Assembly (NCBI GenBank): GCA_963770835.1
Contig: CAVYRH010000003.1
Location: forward strand, 96,001-160,000
Source of the DNA: an uncultured Pseudomonadota bacterium
GTDB lineage: Bacteria > Oederibacteriota > Muellerivitia > Muellerivitales > Muellerivitaceae
Direction: 5' to 3'
DNA: 64,000 bases
The notes below the pieces were generated by a model, which saw only the letters and a program-made list of their open reading frames with translations, did no database searches and had not been told where the DNA came from. Positions within the stretch are counted from its first letter, which is position 1; every line of letters starts with the position of its first letter. Position numbers and translations under genes: made by a program. This document shows, one piece after another, positions 1 to 10,054 of the stretch.

Positions 1-645
1 CAATAATCCGATAAATAACTCCGATTCGAATGGCCATGAGTACGACATGGGAAGCTTGTCTTTTTCAGTAGCGGTGGTTGGGGTTTTATCCTCATTTCCT
101 ACCATTGCTAACGCTGGAACTCCCCAGGGAAAAGAAGCCGCCATTATTTTGTTGATACAAGATTTCAATAATGCTTCGGCAGATACTGGAATTAACGTAA
201 ACGTTTTAGGTTCATTGGGATGGTCTGAAAGTCAGAAAATCCAATCAATGCACTTGGTTATTGGGATAGAAATACCCACAATAGTCCAAGGGCGCATGGA
301 ATAATGCAGTTGTATGATGAAGATGGCAAGCCTGGAGAATATGCGAATTTAAGTGATTCCCAAAATATCGAAAAAGGAGCAAAAATTCTTAAATCAAAAG
401 TAAGTGATGCGAAGAGAATTCACTCACTCCCTTTATGGACATAATCTAACTCCTGATGAGTTAAATGATCCTTGGTTTATACCAGTAGCTCTTTATAAGG
501 CTAGCTTGGGACAATAGAAGAGCATGGGAAACGAAAATATACAGTTCTTGGCCCGTATGTAAAAGTCCGCAGGAAACCTCTGCGTTACTGCAAACACTTT
601 GGAGACAATATGCAAATTAAGCAATCAGAAAGGATGACCTTGTGA
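1..645 (+). CDS. 3' end of an Rhs-family protein with a C-terminal lytic-transglycosylase (SLT)-like toxin domain; partial and frameshifted
   Basis: The frame from nt 2 reads NNPINNSDSNGHEYD, resembling the Rhs core terminal motif NPxxxxDPxG. It continues ...LGSLGWSES, then after a frameshift near 236-240 ...AHGIMQL...SDSQNIEKGAKILK, matching SLT motifs. The end coordinate is approximate. Confidence 0.55.
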
Positions 646-1195
646 AATTATCTAAAAATTTAGGTTTAATATTTTTGATTTTTATAGGTTCGGAAACAAG
701 TTTATTTGCTGGGTCTCAAGATAAAGTTAATGTGACCATCAAGAATTTATCGATGGAAAGCCTATAAATGAATTTATTCATTTTGAGCTCATTATTTATT
801 CGATGTCCGAAAAAGAAGGGAATAAATGGTTGTTAACCAGAAGAAACCTTTTCGACTATTGAGGATCAGAAGTATACAACCGTAAATTTGTCTCAAACCA
901 GGTCAAATGATGATTATACGACGCCTTATATTAAAGACGTCAAATGGGTTCCTGGAAAAAAACTGAAATGCACTTATGAACCTTATAACTGTGGAATGGA
1001 TGTTAAGTTGACTGCGAAGAAGGGAAATGGCGGTAAATATGATTGGGATGTTTATTGTGTTGGTTCTTACAAAATAAATGACGTTGGTACGACACATAAA
1101 TGGGAGTTTAAAAGTACGAGAAATACGACACTCGAATTTAATAAATTGCAATTTCAAGCCATATATTACAGAAAAGATGAAAAAGGCGGGTTGAA

Positions 1196-1199
<4 letters not shown>
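642..1199 (+). CDS. Putative exported immunity protein (frameshifted; includes track ORF 888-1199)
   Basis: GTG at 642 gives MKLSKNLGLIFLIFIGSETSLFA (signal-peptide-like). AT-rich and directly follows the Rhs tail. Confidence 0.4.
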
Positions 1200-2368
<1,169 letters not shown>

Positions 2369-2369
2369 T

Positions 2370-5246
2370 ACTTCCTATACCGATCCGGCAGGGAGGTCGT
2401 TCAAATACGCTTATGCGGCCAACGGTATCGACCTGACCAGCGTGACGGATAGCCAAGGCGACCAACTTTGGGCCGGGCAGTACAATTCCATGCATCAGCA
2501 AGTGGTAGTTACGAATGTTGCCGGAAAAAGTTGGCACTATTCCTACAATGGCTTTGGACAGCCGACAGGAATTACGGCTCCTTTAGGTGAAACGACAACT
2601 TTAAATTACGACACTAGTAATCAGCTTTCTTCCCTGATCCCACCCCAGTCCGGGGCTGGTGTGACCTTAGGTTACGATACTCTTGGCCGAGTGCAAAATA
2701 TTAGCAGTGCGGACAAAGGAACGGTTAACTACGCTTACGACGACGGGAACCGTTTGACTCAGGCTAATTACCCGGATGGAACCACTGCCGGGTTAGGATA
2801 TACCAACTGGACCCTGACCAGCGCCCAGGATCGCCTGGGCCAGACTACGAGCTTCAGCTACGATTCCAACCAACGGTTAACGAGCTCGAGAACCCCCAAC
2901 CAACAGACCACTCAATACGGTTGGAGCGCGGGGGGAGGGTTAAGCTCTCTAGCCGATCCAGCTGGAAACCAAACAAGTTATCAACGCGACCTAATGGGGA
3001 GGGTGCTGAACAAAGCTTCTTCCGATGGGTCACAATATTCCTATCGTTATGGTTCCAACGGCGGCATGCTTTCGCAAGTGACTGACCCGTTGGGCCAGGT
3101 GACCCAATATTCACACACCGTGGATGGAAAGATTTTGGGGGTTAATTATCAGAACACCCAAAACCCCACCCCTGGTACTACCTACCAATATGATTCAGTC
3201 TTGGGCAGGGTGGCAACAATGGTGGATGGAACCGGTTATACGACCTATTCCTACAACCCTGTGGGCCAGGTTGGTGGTGGATTGTTGAAATCGGTTGCAA
3301 GCCCCGTTGGCCAAACCACAGCTTTCACCACTTATGCCTACGACAGCGACGGAAGAGTGGTGCAAAGGGCCATTGACGGCGTCCCGGAGACCTATACCTA
3401 TAATTCCCAAGGCCAATTGGTGGAAGTGACCAACCCCCTGGGGGACCCCAAGTTGAGTTATGACTCAAACACGGGAAGGCTGGTTTCGGTGGCCGACAGC
3501 ACAACGGGACAAGCGACCCAATACGAATATTATAATCCTACTGATCCAAACGGGGCTTCAGGACGTTTGAAAAGCATTACCAACTTGAATAAGAGCAACC
3601 AGGCCGTTTCGTCCTTTAATTACTCCTATGACCAGCTTGGACGAATCACCAATTGGGGCCAGAGCCAAGGTGGGACGTCAAAAACCTATGCCGTTGGCTA
3701 CAATCCCGCAAACCAATTGAAGGGGGTGACGATGGTTTCGGGCACCAATGGATTCGATGGCCTCACAGCGGGCCAGGTCGTAAGTTATCAGTACGATAGG
3801 GCGGGAAATCGGGTGTCCGAAAATACTCCCACTTACCAAAATGGTTTTGGCACACCTAACAATCTTAACCAATTGAATCAAGTATCCTCAAACCCCCTGT
3901 CGATGAGCTTGATTACGGATAATTCGCCCGGTGAAGCGGCCCAGATCAATGGCCGGATGGCCCCGATTTCTGGTAATGGCACGGTAGCCTCCAGTATTGT
4001 GCCCAGCGCGAGTAGCACGACAACCAGCGCCGAGGTGGTGCTGACGGAACCCAACGGGGCCACCACCGCTGTGGGTGTAACCCTCCTCAACAAACAGCCC
4101 GTAAGTTTCGATGCCAATGGTAACTGCACTTCTGACAATCAGTACAGTTACGTGAGTGATGGGGTGAACCGGCCCATTGCTATCAATAACGGAAATGTCC
4201 TGCCCGGCGGTACGGCAGACACATTGGTTATGAAATACGACGGTAAAGGGAGGCGGGTGGGACTCACGGCCTTAAATTTGGGTGGGCCGGTGACGAACTT
4301 AAATCAACTTTCAGGTGCAGCCACGGTCTCGGGCAAGACTTATGTGTGGTGTGGGAACAGGATTTGTGAGGAAAGAGACGCAACAGGCAAACAGGTACTC
4401 AAAAGGTTCTTTTCCAACGGCGAGCAAGACAATGGACAAAACCTGTACTATACAAAGGACCATCTGGGAAGTGTTCGTGAGGTGATGGATGCTTCCGGAA
4501 ACATCCAAGGTCAGTTTGATTATGATCCGTGGGGCAGGCAGACCCAAATAGCCGGAACTATGCAGCCTTCGTTTGGCTACACTGGTCATTTTCAGGAACC
4601 GACGACAGGGTTACTGCTTTCCAAATATCGTGTCTATAACGCGGATATGGGAAGGTGGACATCGGGAGACCCAAAAGGGCAGGTCGCGGGAGCAAACATT
4701 TATTCTTATGTCAGGAATAATCCGCTTGGTAAGATTGATCAACTTGGGTTAGATGGTGATGATTACGAATCGTCTGATAACACATCGGATGAAGATACTA
4801 GTGACAATACTGTGGCTGTGGCTGGTGGAATTTTAAAATCATTTGCTGGGGTGGTTGATTTTGTTTATGGAGCGGGTGAAGTTGCTTTGTCATTAGCAGA
4901 TGAGGGAACTACAGCCCCACTTGGTGTTCTTACAATGGGCACGGGTTTTTATGATATGGTGACCGGAGCAATTCAAACGGGCGTCGATCTTGCTGGGAAT
5001 AATTATGTAGTCGATCCGGCAAGTCAACTTTTGGAACAAAAAGGATTTAGAGATTTGGGTCCAATGTTGTGGACCAGTCAGGTAGGGCTAGATGCTCTCC
5101 AAGGTACTACTGGAAATATTATTGGAGGTCTTTTAGATTTTGGAGGAATCAGTTGCGACTATGTGGCATTGCAAACTGGAGCTCAATATTATTGTCCTTT
5201 TTTGGGAACAAGCACCCCTGAAAAAAATCCATGGTATAGACACTAA
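2370..5246 (+). CDS. Rhs/YD-repeat protein with Rhs-associated core and variable C-terminal toxin domain (5' part lost)
   Basis: YD repeats (YDTLGRV, YDSDGRV), core motifs YYTKDHLGSVR, DYDPWG, FGYTGH, NIYSYVRNNPLGKIDQLGL. The frame is open upstream of 2442 (TSYTDPAGRSFKYAY). Confidence 0.93.
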   Translation, partial: TSYTDPAGRSFKYAYAANGIDLTSVTDSQGDQLWAGQYNSMHQQVVVTNVAGKSWHYSYNGFGQPTGITAPLGETTTLNYDTSNQLSSLIPPQSGAGVTLGYDTLGRVQNISSADKGTVNYAYDDGNRLTQANYPDGTTAGLGYTNWTLTSAQDRLGQTTSFSYDSNQRLTSSRTPNQQTTQYGWSAGGGLSSLADPAGNQTSYQRDLMGRVLNKASSDGSQYSYRYGSNGGMLSQVTDPLGQVTQYSHTVDGKILGVNYQNTQNPTPGTTYQYDSVLGRVATMVDGTGYTTYSYNPVGQVGGGLLKSVASPVGQTTAFTTYAYDSDGRVVQRAIDGVPETYTYNSQGQLVEVTNPLGDPKLSYDSNTGRLVSVADSTTGQATQYEYYNPTDPNGASGRLKSITNLNKSNQAVSSFNYSYDQLGRITNWGQSQGGTSKTYAVGYNPANQLKGVTMVSGTNGFDGLTAGQVVSYQYDRAGNRVSENTPTYQNGFGTPNNLNQLNQVSSNPLSMSLITDNSPGEAAQINGRMAPISGNGTVASSIVPSASSTTTSAEVVLTEPNGATTAVGVTLLNKQPVSFDANGNCTSDNQYSYVSDGVNRPIAINNGNVLPGGTADTLVMKYDGKGRRVGLTALNLGGPVTNLNQLSGAATVSGKTYVWCGNRICEERDATGKQVLKRFFSNGEQDNGQNLYYTKDHLGSVREVMDASGNIQGQFDYDPWGRQTQIAGTMQPSFGYTGHFQEPTTGLLLSKYRVYNADMGRWTSGDPKGQVAGANIYSYVRNNPLGKIDQLGLDGDDYESSDNTSDEDTSDNTVAVAGGILKSFAGVVDFVYGAGEVALSLADEGTTAPLGVLTMGTGFYDMVTGAIQTGVDLAGNNYVVDPASQLLEQKGFRDLGPMLWTSQVGLDALQGTTGNIIGGLLDFGGISCDYVALQTGAQYYCPFLGTSTPEKNPWYRH

Positions 5247-5261
5247 CAGCTAGGAGGAGAA

Positions 5262-5513
5262 ATGAATTCTCAGAGATTTTTAAAAGATCTGCTACTTTTA
5301 ATAATCATTCCAGGGAGTATCGGCGCAATAATGTTTTTTTTTAATGAAACAATTGTGAATGCTAGCATGAAATTTGCTTTTTTAATTGACAAGGATAAAA
5401 GAGAACAACATGGGAAAATGCTAAAATTGACTTATAAAAGTGTTGGGTTGGTTTGCATGTGTTTTTCGCTATTGATTCTTTTAATTGTGATTTTCTTGCT
5501 TAAAAAAAATTGA
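5262..5513 (+). CDS. Small two-TM membrane protein, candidate Rhs immunity protein 1
   Basis: AGGAGGAG RBS, immediately after the Rhs stop, two hydrophobic segments, AT-rich. Confidence 0.65.
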   Translation: MNSQRFLKDLLLLIIIPGSIGAIMFFFNETIVNASMKFAFLIDKDKREQHGKMLKLTYKSVGLVCMCFSLLILLIVIFLLKKN

Positions 5514-5552
5514 TTTAACCCGTAATGAAAATTGAATTAAAGGGACGGAAAT

Positions 5553-5762
5553 TTGAATGATTTAACGGCATATTTATTCATATCCATTATTTTAATGGCT
5601 TTGGGTATTTTTGTTTTTTTTGCAACGCGTTTTGTTTTAGATGAAGTTGGGGAAAAATTTAAGAAAAATTCAAAATTAGCAATTGGTCTCACGAATATAG
5701 GAAGTTTTTTACTGGTCTTTTTGGGAGTTTTGTTTTTGCTTAAATATTTTAATCGCATTTGA
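5553..5762 (+). CDS. Small two-TM membrane protein, candidate immunity protein 2
   Basis: Same size class and topology as 5262-5513. Confidence 0.5.
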   Translation: MNDLTAYLFISIILMALGIFVFFATRFVLDEVGEKFKKNSKLAIGLTNIGSFLLVFLGVLFLLKYFNRI

Positions 5763-5767
5763 TTTTA

Positions 5768-6031
5768 ATGAACTACAACGGACTATTGGATAGAAGCATA
5801 GTAGTGATAATTTTTTCAGGTGTCTTGGGGGGGTTATTGTTTTTTATTGCCGAGCCAATGGCGAACTTTGGAAAAAGCTTCTTATTTTTTGATAGATAAG
5901 GAAAAAGAGAAGCGCGTGCAAAAAAATTAGTCAGGGTCACGAAATTCACGGGATTGTTTTTTATGTTTATTTCGTTAATGGATTTTATTTTCCTGCACAT
6001 GCCTGTCGCAAAAAGGATAGTGTGCAACTAA
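5768..6031 (+). pseudogene. Third two-TM immunity-like paralog with an in-frame stop caused by two compensating homopolymer indels
   Basis: MNYNGLLDRSIVVIIFSGVLGGLLFFIAEPMANFGKSFLF. After correcting the homopolymers it reads FLIDKEKREARAKKLVRVTKFTGLFFM, versus FLIDKDKREQHGKMLKLTYKSVGLVCM in paralog 1. Confidence 0.55.
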
Positions 6032-6242
6032 AGTTATGGTTCCCAATAGGAGATAGCCTGGAAAGCCGGTTGAGTGCGGAATTCCACCGGTATATAAGGC
6101 GGATAAAAGATCCCCGCAATCACCAAAGTAAACGGTTGGTGCGGCATGGACGAGGAAAAAAAGAAATACAAGAAGGAAGAATAAAGAAGAAAAGCGCAAA
6201 CTCGGCTCCGATTTAAGTGAATAAAAACAACAGCTTCTTCAT
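6030..6242 (-). pseudogene. 5' fragment of a DUF2723-like membrane glycosyltransferase
   Basis: AAPTVYFGDCGDLLSALYTGGIPHSTGFPGYLLLG matches the DUF2723 N-terminal pattern; truncated after ~60 codons. Confidence 0.6.
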
Positions 6243-6297
6243 TTTAACAGCTTCATTATGTAGGCGTGTTCCTTGGTTTGGAGGGGTAATAAAATAC

Positions 6298-6331
6298 AAA
6301 AGCGGTTAGGCGTTTAAACCTGACCGCTTTT
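6298..6331. terminator. Bidirectional intrinsic terminator-like hairpin
   Basis: AAAAGCGGTTAGG-loop-CCTGACCGCTTTT. Confidence 0.5.
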
Positions 6332-6351
6332 AAGTGTGAAAAGTTTTGTAA

Positions 6352-6590
6352 TTAGTTAGAAGAACCCGGAGTTTCGCCGAGAAGGTTAGAATTTTTGTCC
6401 AGCGATTGGTTGAGTTGGCTGATCTGGTCGGGTGTCAGTGAATGGCTCTTGTTCTGTTTGAAAAAAGTAAATTCCTGTAAACGGATATTCCTCAAGCTGG
6501 CCCTAACGCTTTGGGCTTGTTCCTTGGAGAATTTTCCGGATTTTACCCCCGTCTGGGTTAATTTCATTTGCGTTTTGACCCGTTGGTTTT
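6352..6590 (-). pseudogene. 3' remnant of an unrelated small protein gene fused to the truncated transposase
   Basis: QRVKTQMKLTQTGVKSGKFSKEQAQ...LTPDQISQLNQSLDKNS looks like real protein sequence but has no own start; lies in a different frame from the transposase. Confidence 0.4.
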
Positions 6591-7115
6591 TTGTTCCACC
6601 ATCGCGTTTCTCAAACGCACCACTTGCCGATCCGCTTCTTCCTGGAGGGTTGGGATCGCCACAGCCCGCAAGAGATCCTTTTCGGCGTACTCCGCCAGCT
6701 TGCGGCAGTCCAACCGGTCGGATTTTGTTTCCAACTGAGCTACACGAGGTGTTTTGTTCGGGGCGATGACGTCCAATGGGTATCCCACTTCCCGAAGGCG
6801 ACGTGCCAAGCCAAAGCCAGTAGGTCCTGCCTCGTAGACGACCTTTTTTAACCCTTTTCGGTAAGGCTCCAGAACCTTCACCACAGCTTCCCAATCCGCG
6901 GGCACAGACTTGGTTCCGGTTTCCTTTCCATTGATCCTGATTGCTACGTAAATACTTCGTTTGTGGACATCGAGCCCCACAAACACGGCGTCCCGCTTGG
7001 ATACCTCCTTGCCTTGGAATCCTTTTTTGCTAATCTGTTTCATGGTCATTCCTCCTTATGAGTGGCTACTCACCGGGAATAGTTTAATCCCGGCGGTGGA
7101 ATGGCCATCATGTTA
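6564..7115 (-). mobile_element. Truncated IS110-family (IS1111-type) element: left end plus N-terminal DEDD/RuvC domain only
   Basis: FVGLDVHK, VVYEAGPTGFGLAR, KSDRLDCRKLA. Sub-terminal inverted repeats at 7042-7052 and 7098-7108 (10/11 match). C-terminal domain absent. Confidence 0.88.
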
Positions 7116-7117
7116 CC

Positions 7118-7145
7118 TGTCCACGACGGGGACCCGTCGTGGACA
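7118..7145 (+). repeat. 28-bp 11-6-11 palindromic site R1
   Basis: TGTCCACGACG GGGACC CGTCGTGGACA. Confidence 0.95.
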
Positions 7146-7215
7146 GGGGGAGAAGTAAAGAATTGTTCACCGTGTGTAAAAAAGAGGATTTGATGACCTA
7201 TTTGGATTTAAAACA

Positions 7216-7740
7216 TTGAAAGCATTTATCATCGTTTTGATGGCTCTATTGGCTGTCAGTGTATTTTGGGAAGTTGCATCGGGGTTCTCTAAAAAACTTT
7301 TGACCAAAGATATGAATAGGATCATACAGTCTGGTTTACGCGTAAATCGCAGTTGGTTCCACCGATTGGAAAGGTTGTTAAATATACCAATCCTTTTTTC
7401 GATATATATTATTCAAATGGAATCGGTCTGGTTCCTTCGTGGGACCATCTACCCCAACCCAATGTCACTCTACCAATGGATTTGGAAACTGGTTACCAGT
7501 CCACCGGATAATCACTCGACCTTAATAGCTTTCTTGATCGCTGTTCCGGCCTTGTTTTCTTCGATCCCCCTTTCAATGGTACTTTTTAATCTGATGGAAT
7601 GGTGTATTCCGCCCCTTCGGAGATTATCTGACGCAAAAACCGGCTTTACCTTTTTGGAAGTCATGTCCCCCATGATCGCTTTAACCCTTTTGATTGTCCC
7701 TGTTTGTTTATTTTTTCAACTGCTAGGCGCTTTGGTTTAA
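7216..7740 (+). CDS. Hypothetical multi-pass membrane protein (unit 1)
   Basis: 174 aa, about four hydrophobic segments, AT-rich, between R1 and R2. Confidence 0.65.
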   Translation: MKAFIIVLMALLAVSVFWEVASGFSKKLLTKDMNRIIQSGLRVNRSWFHRLERLLNIPILFSIYIIQMESVWFLRGTIYPNPMSLYQWIWKLVTSPPDNHSTLIAFLIAVPALFSSIPLSMVLFNLMEWCIPPLRRLSDAKTGFTFLEVMSPMIALTLLIVPVCLFFQLLGALV

Positions 7741-7768
7741 AGATTTAAAATCTGAGGACGAAAAGACT

Positions 7769-7796
7769 TGTCCACGACGGGGACCCATCGTGGACA
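7769..7796 (+). repeat. 28-bp site R2
   Basis: TGTCCACGACG GGGACC CATCGTGGACA. Confidence 0.95.
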
Positions 7797-8033
7797 GGAA
7801 AAAGATTGCAGAAGGCAATTAAATACGAGGAGGGCGGGGGCCAGCAAAGAAACTTTTACGGAGCTTCATTTTGCGGGCCTAGAATCAGAAAATTCGAGAT
7901 TGTGATGGAAGAAGCCGGGGTGCATTGTAAAATGAGAGACAAGTTACCCAGCAACGTTGCCGGAAAAGGTTATCTGGGAAACTCTGGTTAATCCAACTAG
8001 AGTATTTAGAATCCAAATTGAGGGGGTAATTAA

Positions 8034-8393
8034 ATGCGTTATTTGATAAGCATTGTTTTGTTAATTGCAACGACCGGGTGCGGCACCCTATTTAATAGAA
8101 ATCTAAAACCCGTAATGTTGGATTCTGATCCTCAAGGTGCCGATGTCTATGTAGATGGTAATCGTGTCGGTAAAACCCCAATAAATGTCGAGATGGAAAA
8201 AAAGCATTCTGCAAATTTAACTTTTAAAAAAGAAGGGTATGAAGAAAAAACTGCAATAATTCAATCTCAATTAGTGCCAGGTTTATTGATTCTTGATCTC
8301 TTTGGATTAGTTCCTTTAGTGGTTGATGCTGCAACGTCAAATTGGAATGATCTTGATAAAGGAAATCTCAAAGTTTTGCTGGACAAAAAATAG
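8034..8393 (+). CDS. PEGA-domain lipoprotein (unit 2)
   Basis: Lipobox TTGC; SDPQGADVYVDGNRVGKTP is a PEGA signature; GAGGGG RBS. Confidence 0.85.
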   Translation: MRYLISIVLLIATTGCGTLFNRNLKPVMLDSDPQGADVYVDGNRVGKTPINVEMEKKHSANLTFKKEGYEEKTAIIQSQLVPGLLILDLFGLVPLVVDAATSNWNDLDKGNLKVLLDKK

Positions 8394-8460
8394 TTTTGAT
8401 AACAAAGAGTCGAACCTTAAGAAGAACAAACAGGGTTAGACACTTTCCATTTTGTCCGTA

Positions 8461-8503
8461 ACAAAAGAACCCGACTTGGGGATAAGTCGGGTTCTTTTGT
8501 TTT
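8461..8503 (+). terminator. Intrinsic terminator
   Basis: 17-bp stem ACAAAAGAACCCGACTT/AAGTCGGGTTCTTTTGT with T tail. Confidence 0.75.
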
Positions 8504-8533
8504 ACCGTCTTTTTGAAAAACCTATAAATTAGT

Positions 8534-8561
8534 TGTCCACGACAGGGACCCGCCGTGGACA
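8534..8561 (+). repeat. 28-bp site R3
   Basis: TGTCCACGACA GGGACC CGCCGTGGACA. Confidence 0.95.
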
Positions 8562-8676
8562 AAGCAAAATGGATTAGGGTGGCCTGAACCCGATTTTTAA
8601 TAACGATAAGGTAACTTTGCCGGCTGTGTAAGCCGAGTAGATAAATAAAGTTGATAGAATTCAATTGAGGCTGGAA

Positions 8677-9993
8677 ATGGAATCCCCACAGACAAACGCG
8701 CATCCGAAAGCACTCCTGTTTTCGGTCAGGACGCCCAAGGTGACTGATACCGAAGCGATGGAATCAATGATCGAGCTCGAACGGCTGGTGACGACCTTGG
8801 GTTACGAGGTGACCGGAACTATGTCCCAGCGGCAACCCAGCACAAAAGGGGTCACTGTGGTGGGTGAGGGAAAACTGATGGAACTCGCCCAACTCACCGG
8901 TGGAAAGGGCTACCGGGATAGGGTTAAGGGGAACTCCGAAGCGCCAAAACAGGCGCAAGTCCCGGCCTCGACTCCCGATGGACCCGCGATGGTTGTTTTT
9001 GACTGTGATTTGAGCCCGTCCCAGATTCGTAACGTCGAAGAGGCTTTGGGGGTTCCGGTGCTCGATCGAACCGGGGTGATTATCGAAATCTTCAACCGCC
9101 ACGCGAAGACCCGGGCGGCGCGGCTCCAGGTCGATATCGCGCGCCAAACCTATCAGGCTCCCCGTCTCAGGGATATGGGGGTGGGCAAGGAACGCCAGTC
9201 CGGCCGAGGATCCGGGGAAACCGTCATCGAGACGGAAAAGCGCAAAGTCCGCGACCGCCTGGCTGAGCTGAGGCACGAGTTACAAGCGGTTCAAAGGGAA
9301 GAGGAGCAACGCCGGATGAAACGCGCGGAACTGCTCGGCGCCGTGCTCGTGGGCTACACGAATGCCGGAAAATCATCCCTCATGCGGGCGCTGACCGGCA
9401 GCGACGTCCTGGTGGAGGACAAGCTCTTCGCGACCCTGGATACGACGATACGCGCCCTACAACCAGAGACCCAGCCGAGAATCCTGATCACCGATACGGT
9501 GGGTTTTATCCACAAGCTTCCGCACGACCTGGTGGCGTCCTTCCGCTCCACGCTGGATGAGGCCCGCGGCGCCGCCCTGCTTCTTTACGTGGTGGATGCC
9601 GCTGATCGCAACTTTCGTTCCCAGCTCGCGGTGGTTCGGGAAGTTTTGGGTGATATTGGCGCCGACAAAACGCCATATCTTCTCATTCTCAATAAGGCCG
9701 ACTGCTTGAGCGAATGGCAGAAGCAGGTTCTCAGGGCGGAGTATCCGGACGCGGTTTTAACCTCGACCCGCAGTCCCGAGGACATGCGGGGCGTTAGTGA
9801 ACGCATTATTCATTTTTTCGAGAAAGACATGATTGAAAAGGAGATTCTCGTTCCCTATAAAGCCCAAGGCGTCATCAGCGAAATGCGTTTGAATATGAAA
9901 ATCTTGAGGGAGAGTTTTGTTGAAGAAGGCGTTCTGCTTCTTGTTCGCGCCCGTCCGATTGACCTTCAGCGCTTGAGTAAAATGATGAAATAG
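8677..9993 (+). CDS. hflX: GTPase HflX (unit 3)
   Basis: LVGYTNAGKSSL, DKLFATLDTT, TDTVGFIHKLPHDLVASFRSTL, NKAD. Confidence 0.93.
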   Translation: MESPQTNAHPKALLFSVRTPKVTDTEAMESMIELERLVTTLGYEVTGTMSQRQPSTKGVTVVGEGKLMELAQLTGGKGYRDRVKGNSEAPKQAQVPASTPDGPAMVVFDCDLSPSQIRNVEEALGVPVLDRTGVIIEIFNRHAKTRAARLQVDIARQTYQAPRLRDMGVGKERQSGRGSGETVIETEKRKVRDRLAELRHELQAVQREEEQRRMKRAELLGAVLVGYTNAGKSSLMRALTGSDVLVEDKLFATLDTTIRALQPETQPRILITDTVGFIHKLPHDLVASFRSTLDEARGAALLLYVVDAADRNFRSQLAVVREVLGDIGADKTPYLLILNKADCLSEWQKQVLRAEYPDAVLTSTRSPEDMRGVSERIIHFFEKDMIEKEILVPYKAQGVISEMRLNMKILRESFVEEGVLLLVRARPIDLQRLSKMMK

Positions 9994-10054
9994 TGCCCTG
10001 CGGTGTGTCCCGGACGGGCCCGCAAGCTCGGCCGATAAGAAATTGTCCACGACG

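Noticed and set aside
6352..7049. Programmed frameshift giving a full IS110 transposase
   Set aside because: The downstream frame lacks the IS110 C-terminal motifs (GIG, SG) and looks like an unrelated protein end.
7806..7991. 61-aa ORF after R2
   Set aside because: TTG start, no motif, and no clear RBS; cannot be supported as a gene.
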